Shown: one piece after another, positions 47,244-54,237 of the stretch
Numbering within the stretch: position 1 is the first letter of the stretch
How the letters are laid out: each line of letters starts with the position of its first letter
From: a virus
Taxonomy: Duplodnaviria; Caudoviricetes
Virus record (IMG/VR): IMGVR_UViG_3300045579_000055
Location: 1-60,815 of that record
Reading direction: 5' to 3' (one strand)
DNA: 60,815 nucleotides
Notes under the pieces: model-generated
What the model was told of the DNA's origin: nothing
Databases searched by the model: none
Seen by the model: the letters and a program-made list of their open reading frames with translations, nothing else
Position numbers and translations under genes: made by a program

Positions 47244-47906
47244 CTAGTATTTATTATTTTCATAAAAGCCTTTGACTTTTATAAATCCTACAGTAACATA
47301 TCTAATTGGACCTTCGCCAACATGCCTTACCCCGTGCTCAAACTCTTCGTTGCCTGGAAAAACAAGCAATGTCCCTGGCTTTGGTCTCATATCTGAGTTT
47401 TCTTTGTTATAAAAAAATAAAGTTCCATCTTTATAATCATCATTAATATACAGAATAGCAGCATATCGTATTGATGGATCTGTGTGTTGATCTGTGTGAG
47501 ATTTTAGTTGAACTCCAGCCTGCATTCTTTGCATTGTCCCAAATCCTGCCAATTCTAAAGTGCTGTCTGCTAAAGCAATTAGATCAGAAACTCTCTTGTG
47601 TGAATTTTTGCTAACTAACTCATTTTGAATATTTAAATTCTTGTCATCCCATCCAAGTGTGATCTCATACTTTCCTTCTGCAACCAAATTTTCAACATCA
47701 TCTCTTCCAAATTTTTCCATGCAAAATCTAGAAAGACTTTCTCGGTATGCTTTAGACCATTCCTCTTCTGGTGTTCTATTTATAATATCCCACACAGAGT
47801 CTAGTTCTTCTTGTGATAAAAAATTTTCTATAGAAAGAACTTGATCATGAAAAACTTCTGTTTTAAAACCAGCCTCTTCAAACTGTTTTTGTAAAAATAC
47901 TTCCAT
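47244..47906 (-). CDS. 2OG-Fe(II) oxygenase, prolyl-4-hydroxylase-like
   Basis: HTD...YINDDYKDGTL...HGV...R. Confidence 0.88.
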   Translation of the reverse strand: MEVFLQKQFEEAGFKTEVFHDQVLSIENFLSQEELDSVWDIINRTPEEEWSKAYRESLSRFCMEKFGRDDVENLVAEGKYEITLGWDDKNLNIQNELVSKNSHKRVSDLIALADSTLELAGFGTMQRMQAGVQLKSHTDQHTDPSIRYAAILYINDDYKDGTLFFYNKENSDMRPKPGTLLVFPGNEEFEHGVRHVGEGPIRYVTVGFIKVKGFYENNKY

Positions 47907-47907
47907 G

Positions 47908-48654
47908 CTATTTTTCCTCCACTTTGTATTTATTATTATGCATATCTATTTTATACCCTTCTTTTAATAACTTTTGCCATTCGGCTCTTTCAAGTTCTTG
48001 CTTTGCCCTGGTCTCTTTCATTTCTGCTGCCCAGGCATCCCTGAGTTCTTGTGGGTATGCGTCTTCTTCACGATCATCCCAGAAAGATCCAATAGTATAT
48101 CTTACGCCACTTTCTATTAATGTTACTTCGTGCATGTTGTTGAATCCCCCGTCAAAAGCAGCAAGCATACCAACTTTAGGCTGTATGCTTATGTCTTGAT
48201 CTGGAAACTGCAGCATACCTCCCTCAAAATTATCATTTAGGTATAGAAATGCTGCATATCTGCTTCTTGTAAAAGCGCCAGAGTGTCCATGCTCGTCTGT
48301 ATTATCTGAATGCTTTCTAGCATATGCGCCTGGCTCCCACTTTTGAGTATGGTATCCAATTTGAGAAATTATCTTTGGATCTAAATCATGAACACTAGCG
48401 ACAGCGTCTATAATACCCTTTTTAATTTGTGTAAAAATATCAGAAGGTAAACCTTCGGAAATTACATGTTCGTCGTTATCTTGTGGCAAAACAGAAGAAT
48501 AAGATTCATAAAAAGATATAGGCATCCAACTAATGCTTCCTAGTTCTGCATGCTTGTCTAAAACCTTTACAAGTTTAGCAGCAGTTTCAGAATCGATAAA
48601 GTTTTCATATACCATTATATCTTTTGTTAGTCTATTTTTATTGTTTAAATTCAT
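47908..48654 (-). CDS. 2OG-Fe(II) oxygenase, prolyl-4-hydroxylase-like
   Basis: HSD...YLNDNFEGGML...HEV...R. Start placed at MNLNN (ATGA overlap with upstream stop). Confidence 0.88.
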   Translation of the reverse strand: MNLNNKNRLTKDIMVYENFIDSETAAKLVKVLDKHAELGSISWMPISFYESYSSVLPQDNDEHVISEGLPSDIFTQIKKGIIDAVASVHDLDPKIISQIGYHTQKWEPGAYARKHSDNTDEHGHSGAFTRSRYAAFLYLNDNFEGGMLQFPDQDISIQPKVGMLAAFDGGFNNMHEVTLIESGVRYTIGSFWDDREEDAYPQELRDAWAAEMKETRAKQELERAEWQKLLKEGYKIDMHNNKYKVEEK

Positions 48655-49325
48655 GGTTGCCTGTCTCCTGTATGTTTTGTAATTTCCCAAAAAAATGGGC
48701 AAGTAAATCTTAGTCCACTTTTAATTTCAGTAACACCATGAATGTAGTTTTTATCTCCTGGAAAAAAATATGCTGCACCTTTTTTAGGCTTAAACTGAAC
48801 ACCCTGCAATGGGAAATACAATTCTCCGCCTTCATAGTCGTCATTTAGATAGAACAAACTTGAAAGGTCGTAGTTTGGAAAATCATTTGGAAGTCCAGCA
48901 TCTGGGCCTTCGTGCAGTTCTTTGTCTGCATGAGGGTGTTGAAATTGACCTGGTAGCCATTTAACAATTGTTGCGTTGGTTGGAATAACTTCTACTTTGT
49001 AAAACTCTTCAACAATAGGCTTTAGCCTTTCAAATAGTCCTGCTATAACTGGTGCTATTGCTGGATCATTTTTGTCTAATGTGGGCCTAGTTGCAACCCT
49101 ATCTTTCCAGTATTCTGAGTCATATACTATTGTTCCATTTTCATTTACATGACTTTCTGTAACATCCCAAATTGTTAAAGACTTGGCTGCTTTTTCTAAA
49201 AATACTATTTCTTCTTCTGTCATAAAGTTTTCTAACTCTACGATCATGTCTTTGCTACTACCAAACCAGCCAGATGGAGTCATTGATGGCTTTCTTTTTA
49301 CAATAGATGCGTTTTTTATGTCCAT
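48651..49325 (-). CDS. 2OG-Fe(II) oxygenase, prolyl-4-hydroxylase-like
   Basis: HAD...YLNDDYEGGEL...HGV...R; TGATATAAT 6 nt before its ATG. Confidence 0.88.
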   Translation of the reverse strand: MDIKNASIVKRKPSMTPSGWFGSSKDMIVELENFMTEEEIVFLEKAAKSLTIWDVTESHVNENGTIVYDSEYWKDRVATRPTLDKNDPAIAPVIAGLFERLKPIVEEFYKVEVIPTNATIVKWLPGQFQHPHADKELHEGPDAGLPNDFPNYDLSSLFYLNDDYEGGELYFPLQGVQFKPKKGAAYFFPGDKNYIHGVTEIKSGLRFTCPFFWEITKHTGDRQP

Positions 49326-49353
49326 AACTTGATTATATCATAGGCTTTAAATC

Positions 49354-49809
49354 CTACAAATTTCTCTCAATCTCTAATTGTTTTAAAAACCTATCTGCAT
49401 TAAACCTCCAGTTATCCTTTGCAAATGATGTTACAATCTTAATGCAGACATTCTCATAGTCTTCTTTGCTCAACTTATTCTTTAGATCATGAAGTGCTTC
49501 AACCGTGTCAATGTAGTTCTGTCTAACAAATGATGGATCTCCTGCATGATTTCTTTTTAAAACCTTTGTTGTGACTATTCCTGATGGCTGGTACAGAGAA
49601 ACTGTTAAATAATCTTTAGCAAAGCCAGCGTCTTGATACATTTCGTAGCCTTCAATAGCCTGCTCTGCATTATCAAAAGATATAATAGACCTAACTGGAG
49701 ACTCTCCATCTCTTGATACTGTTATCATATAGTGAGCAACTTTTCCATCTTTTGCATTTTTAATATAGTCATTTACCATGTCGTCATGGTTTGGTTTTTG
49801 GTTAATCAT
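49354..49809 (-). CDS. Hypothetical protein within the oxygenase cluster
   Basis: 151-aa ORF coupled by an ATGA overlap to the DUF6065-like gene. Confidence 0.65.
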   Translation of the reverse strand: MINQKPNHDDMVNDYIKNAKDGKVAHYMITVSRDGESPVRSIISFDNAEQAIEGYEMYQDAGFAKDYLTVSLYQPSGIVTTKVLKRNHAGDPSFVRQNYIDTVEALHDLKNKLSKEDYENVCIKIVTSFAKDNWRFNADRFLKQLEIERNL

Positions 49810-50519
49810 TGTGCACCAGTGTTATCATTTACATAAAGTTTTAATGTTTTTGTTTCATGCTCTCCTCGAACATTACCATTCTCATCAACGGCATCTCTGT
49901 ACCAGTCGGTCCAGTTACCAGACTGATTAACCACCTGGGCTGCTTGACCATAAGAAATATTTGCCTCAGTTCTTGATCTATCTGGATCTTGATAGTCAAA
50001 CATTTCTATTGTGCTGTTATTTAGGTTAGTTAAAGATATCGGAATTATGGTTGCTAATGGTGTGCCAGCCTTTATTACAACTTCTTCGTTTGCTGTTTTT
50101 GCTTTAATGGCTAGTGGAAGAGGGTTGTCAAAAAACGATGTACTAATTAAGTTAGACATTGTTTCAAAATCTTTGTTAAAATAGTTTACTGGGTTTATTG
50201 TAAGAATACTTACATCTTTTTCAGTTTTAAAAATTAATCCAGTATTAAGACTAAGAGAAGATTGACCTCTACCAGTATAAGATCCTTCTGGCGCTTTAAT
50301 GATTTCAACATGGTCTTGAGTTTGATCATTTATTCCGTCCCAAATAAAGGAAATGTCTTCTGAGCAAGAAAGACTCCAGCCAACAACGTTTGCTTGTGTT
50401 ACTGGGAAACATCTATACGCATGCTTTTCTGATGTTGCATCCATCCAATCTCTTTTAATAGACATAGGCGAAATAACAAAAGGATTTCCTTTCATTTTTT
50501 CAACCGAAATATTAATCAT
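49806..50519 (-). CDS. DUF6065-like protein
   Basis: KRDWMD...HAYRCFPVTQAN..GW N-terminus and IKAGTPLATIIP motif. Confidence 0.7.
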   Translation of the reverse strand: MINISVEKMKGNPFVISPMSIKRDWMDATSEKHAYRCFPVTQANVVGWSLSCSEDISFIWDGINDQTQDHVEIIKAPEGSYTGRGQSSLSLNTGLIFKTEKDVSILTINPVNYFNKDFETMSNLISTSFFDNPLPLAIKAKTANEEVVIKAGTPLATIIPISLTNLNNSTIEMFDYQDPDRSRTEANISYGQAAQVVNQSGNWTDWYRDAVDENGNVRGEHETKTLKLYVNDNTGAQ

Positions 50520-51202
50520 TACTCGTTATCCCATTTTGAATCATACATGTCTGGCGTATGATATTTTTTGCTGTAATCCAACATGGTCACAATTGAATAT
50601 TTTGTTCCAGAATGAACTGGCATTGCTTGGTGAGGATACATGAAGTTGGATGGGAAGATATAAAGATCTCCAGCCTCTGGCTTTATGTTTAAATCTTGTA
50701 ATCTAAAGTATAGTTCTCCACCTTCATAGTCATCATTAACGTAAGCAACCAAAGACACAGTACAATTATATGAATAGCCATGGTCGTGATGTTCTTTAAA
50801 GTGCTGACCTGGTCCATACTTAATAAAATTAAATGCTTCCCAATACTTTAATGGCATAATATTATAGTCTCTTCTATAGTCTTCTACCGCTGCTGCTTGA
50901 GCATCATAAATGTCTTGCCATAGGCTTTGAAGTTTAATAGAATCTTCGCTTTTGTCCAATTCAATATCAGTTTTTTTAAATTTAAAATCTACACAATCTC
51001 TATACTCTGGCATAAGTTGTTGATATCCAACATATGCTGGCATCCAATGATATCTTTTACCTTCTGTTGATAATTGTCCATATCCAGCAACAGAGCCCAA
51101 AGTATTTTCAAGTCTATTAATTACGTCAAACTCTTTTTTAATAACTCCTCTATAACAAGTTATTCCATTCCCAAGACTTTCTTTTTCTGTCCATGTTTGC
51201 AT
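50519..51202 (-). CDS. 2OG-Fe(II) oxygenase, prolyl-4-hydroxylase-like
   Basis: HHD...YVNDDYEGGEL...HQA...K. Confidence 0.88.
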   Translation of the reverse strand: MQTWTEKESLGNGITCYRGVIKKEFDVINRLENTLGSVAGYGQLSTEGKRYHWMPAYVGYQQLMPEYRDCVDFKFKKTDIELDKSEDSIKLQSLWQDIYDAQAAAVEDYRRDYNIMPLKYWEAFNFIKYGPGQHFKEHHDHGYSYNCTVSLVAYVNDDYEGGELYFRLQDLNIKPEAGDLYIFPSNFMYPHQAMPVHSGTKYSIVTMLDYSKKYHTPDMYDSKWDNE

Positions 51203-51211
51203 ATATATCTC

Positions 51212-51979
51212 CTATTTATATTCTCTGCGTGACCAAACTTTTTTAATATAAACTCCTCCGTCAGGCTGACGATAAAATTTTGCATTATCTACCATTTTAC
51301 CATATATGGATGATTGATCCAAAGTTTCTATACTATGCTCCCAGTTTTCTCTTTTAAAAGGAAGAACTTGAAGATATGGTGTACCTGCTGGGATTATTCC
51401 TTCCCATCCCTCGGCAATAAAAAAGGGAAAACTACCAAGAAGATGAACTTTGTCTGAGTCAACAATGCCAGTAGTATTTAAAAATGGGAGATCAAACCTA
51501 TTCATTGGTGTCATAAAAAGTGCACTATAACCTTCTGGTAACTCTAGTCCCCATGGAGAACTCCATGCAAAATGATGCTGATAATATCCTTTAGGATGCT
51601 CAAATTGTGGCATTGGCGGTCTTTGAGTACAGAAGTCCTTATACTTGGGATCATTAATAGTTACATTTATAATGCCCTGAGAATTTTTAGAAAATACTAA
51701 ATCACAAGGAGTTTTAAAAAGATATCCAGTTGCAAATGCGTCCATAATTGCTGGGCAGGCTTTCCATGTTGGTATCTTTCCATAATCATCTGCTGTACCT
51801 TCTTTTGGAAATGGACAAACCTCTTTTGTAGCCTTGTAGTATTCTCCATTTGGCATTTTTGCAAACCTGTCTGCATCTTTATACCAATCTGGTATTTCTT
51901 TTTGTGTAGGAACAGGAACAGAAATATCTTCTTTATTTATCCAAGGCCTAAACGATGTAAATTTTGCAATTAGAGACAC
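51212..51979 (-). CDS. DUF6065-related protein
   Basis: IPDWYK, TWKACPAIMDA..GY, PWGLELPEGYS, TGIVDSD, IPAGTPYLQVLPFKR. Confidence 0.55.
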   Translation of the reverse strand: MSLIAKFTSFRPWINKEDISVPVPTQKEIPDWYKDADRFAKMPNGEYYKATKEVCPFPKEGTADDYGKIPTWKACPAIMDAFATGYLFKTPCDLVFSKNSQGIINVTINDPKYKDFCTQRPPMPQFEHPKGYYQHHFAWSSPWGLELPEGYSALFMTPMNRFDLPFLNTTGIVDSDKVHLLGSFPFFIAEGWEGIIPAGTPYLQVLPFKRENWEHSIETLDQSSIYGKMVDNAKFYRQPDGGVYIKKVWSRREYK

Positions 51980-52686
51980 TACTTGTGTCCTAGTTCATTA
52001 ATGTCTGTCATTACGACAACACAATACTTTGTTCCTTCTTTCATTGGCAAAGATGCATGTTCATAAATATAGTTGGATGGACAAAGAATAATATCTCCTA
52101 TTTTTGGAGTGTGAGTGTAGTTGTCCATTCTTGGAAACTTAATCTCTCCACCATTGTAGTCTTCATTTATATAGATAACGGCAGATACTGTACAGTTATA
52201 CATTGGACCATGATCAGCATGAATATTGAAGTGTGTGCCCTCGCCTTCATATTTTACAAAGTTAAATGCCTCATAGTATATTACATTAATTCCCCAATAC
52301 CTTGCATAATCGTCAACACAGAACTTTAACTTTTGATAAATTTCTTCATGTAAGTCTAAAAGTTCAGCATTATGTTCATCTCTTGGGCCCAGGTTTTCTT
52401 GTTTAAATCTAAAATCTACAGCATCTCTAGCCTTTTTAATTGGAACATCAGAGTTGGTTACTTTTGCTTCTGACCATTTGTACTTTCCATTACCGCCTAA
52501 ATTTGACTCAAGAATTTTAATATATCTTTCAGAGTCTTCCTTTGAAAATACATTTCTATAAAGGTTTATTCCAAGTGCTGGATTTTCAACTACAATATTA
52601 TTTCCTATAATTTTTGAAGGATATCTGTTTGTTGCTGTTTCTGATCTATCTTTAGTAAACCAAACATTGTCATTTTCATCATACAT
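51979..52686 (-). CDS. 2OG-Fe(II) oxygenase, prolyl-4-hydroxylase-like
   Basis: HAD...YINEDYNGGEI...HAS...K; close paralog of 50519..51202. Confidence 0.88.
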   Translation of the reverse strand: MYDENDNVWFTKDRSETATNRYPSKIIGNNIVVENPALGINLYRNVFSKEDSERYIKILESNLGGNGKYKWSEAKVTNSDVPIKKARDAVDFRFKQENLGPRDEHNAELLDLHEEIYQKLKFCVDDYARYWGINVIYYEAFNFVKYEGEGTHFNIHADHGPMYNCTVSAVIYINEDYNGGEIKFPRMDNYTHTPKIGDIILCPSNYIYEHASLPMKEGTKYCVVVMTDINELGHK

Positions 52687-52731
52687 ATTTTGCTTAGCCT
52701 TTCGCTATTGTTAATATTTTAACATTTAATC

Positions 52732-53169
52732 TTAAATAAATCTTGAGCCATCCCAGCCGTGTGTTTCGCCAATGGCGACATACTGATCGTCTGGAACTTT
52801 GACTAATTTAACTTCACTGGCAAATGCTGCTTCAAATGCTTCTAGTCTAGGGGAATCAGTTCGTACAGCATTTCTAGCAATTACGACATTGTTGTGTAAA
52901 AATACATAAAGTTTAAAAGAATCCAATTCTTCTGCTGTAGCATCTGCTGCTTTGCTTACAATTCCTCCAGAAAAAGAATTTCCGTCCCAGGTTGAGCCAC
53001 GAGTTGCTGTTGTTTTATGATTGGATGCATCCATTGCAATTATAGGATTTGACAAATCTGAAAGCGCAGAGTCAATAAGGTTTGCTGTTGTAGAGTCATC
53101 ATAATAGTTAATAAAATTTAAAATATCATAAGACTCATCATTGTTTTTAACTAGTACTGCATATTTCAT
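52732..53169 (-). CDS. Hypothetical protein with two internal repeats (possible fibre chaperone)
   Basis: Each half ends in a WDGxxF motif (GSTWDGNSF; HGWDGSRF); AAGGAG RBS. Confidence 0.6.
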   Translation of the reverse strand: MKYAVLVKNNDESYDILNFINYYDDSTTANLIDSALSDLSNPIIAMDASNHKTTATRGSTWDGNSFSGGIVSKAADATAEELDSFKLYVFLHNNVVIARNAVRTDSPRLEAFEAAFASEVKLVKVPDDQYVAIGETHGWDGSRFI

Positions 53170-53213
53170 TTTTATCTCCTTTAATTGTTTTAATTATATC
53201 ATATCTTTGGTAT

Positions 53214-53241
53214 GTGGGTGTGAACTTTTATTCACACCCAC
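53214..53241 (-). terminator. Perfect 11-bp hairpin after the FN3-(PFF)n gene
   Basis: GTGGGTGTGAA-N6-TTCACACCCAC, 5 nt past the stop; no U tract. Confidence 0.65.
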
Positions 53242-53246
53242 TAACC

Positions 53247-54209
53247 TTAGCAACAACAGTTTCCGCAAGGGCAGCGCCAACAGTAGTTAGCGGTGCATTG
53301 ACATCCTCCACTTGGTGGTGGTGACACTGGTGCTGGTGTAAACGATGGGAAGAACGGTGGGAAGAATGGGAAGAATGGGAAGTAAGGGAAGAACGGTGGG
53401 AAGAATGGGAAGAATGGGAAGTAAGGGAAGAACGGTGGGAAGAATGGGAAGAATGGGAAGAATGGGAAGAACGGTGGGAAGAATGGGAAGAACGGGAAGA
53501 ATGGGAAGAACGGTGGGAAGAATGGGAAGAATGGGAAGTAAGGGAAGAATGGTGGGAAGAATGGGAAGAATGGGAAGAATGGGAAGTAAGGGAAAAACGG
53601 CGGGAAGAATGGAGGAGTAGTAACGCTGTTAGATGAAGGAGACACTCCAGAATCACCATTAGCATTAGTTGCTTTTACTGTGTATGTCTGTGCAGTATTT
53701 GCTTCTTGTGCTACAGATACAGATGTTGAGGCTGTAGTTCCAGACTTTCCATCAGAGGAATACCAAGTATAACCAGTAATTGCTTTTCCACCAGTTGCGG
53801 GGGCAGACCAAGAAACTGTATCATTTTGTGATCCAGTAGTTGTAGATGCCGTTGGAGCACCTGGTGTTGCTGGAACAGTTGTAACTGTAATAGCATTAGA
53901 TGCAGAAGAAGATGCTGATGTTCCAGAAGAGTTAGTTGCAGTAACAGTAAATGTTGGTGTTGAACCAGTTGAAAGACCACCTACAACAATTGGAGAAGAT
54001 GATCCACTTTGTGACTGTCCAGTGCTTGCAGTAACCGTATAAGAGGTTGCTGGAGGAGAACCTGCTGGTAATTCAAAAGTAACAGATCCTGCACCATTAT
54101 TAAATGCTCTGCCTGTTCCTACGTCTGTAGCAACAACATTGATTGGGGGTTTTGGCTCTAAGAAGTCATTTGCTGCTTGAGACCTTTTACCTACTTTTTT
54201 ATTTGCCAT
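53247..54209 (-). CDS. Two-FN3-domain protein with Pro/Phe repeat and Cys-rich C-terminus
   Basis: FN3 hallmarks twice (P..P, SYTVT/GYTW, FTVTATNSSG/YTVKATNANG); 92-aa P/F/Y repeat; ends CQCTANYCWRCPCGNCCC; GGGGAG RBS; no signal peptide. Confidence 0.85.
   Translation of the reverse strand: MANKKVGKRSQAANDFLEPKPPINVVATDVGTGRAFNNGAGSVTFELPAGSPPATSYTVTASTGQSQSGSSSPIVVGGLSTGSTPTFTVTATNSSGTSASSSASNAITVTTVPATPGAPTASTTTGSQNDTVSWSAPATGGKAITGYTWYSSDGKSGTTASTSVSVAQEANTAQTYTVKATNANGDSGVSPSSNSVTTPPFFPPFFPYFPFFPFFPFFPPFFPYFPFFPFFPPFFPFFPFFPFFPPFFPFFPFFPFFPPFFPYFPFFPFFPPFFPYFPFFPFFPPFFPSFTPAPVSPPPSGGCQCTANYCWRCPCGNCCC
53340..53615. repeat. 9/12-bp coding tandem repeat with 39-bp higher-order period
   Basis: GGGAAGAAT-type units encoding 28 PFF/PYF/PPFF/PSF units. 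Confidence 0.95.
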
Positions 54210-54237
54210 TACTTTACTCCCCTTTTCTTAGTGCTAA

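Noticed and set aside
53340-53615. Possible CRISPR array or DGR template, given the Cas4-like gene and Mtd-like N-terminus
   Set aside because: Short tandem units without unique spacers; no cas1/cas2 or reverse transcriptase in the window.
53228-53665. Alternative-frame ORFs over the repeat (His/Ser-rich on minus; MGR repeats on plus, 53345..53620)
   Set aside because: By-products of a stop-free repeat. Only the Pro/Phe frame is continuous with the FN3 domains and an RBS, and variation is largely synonymous in that frame.
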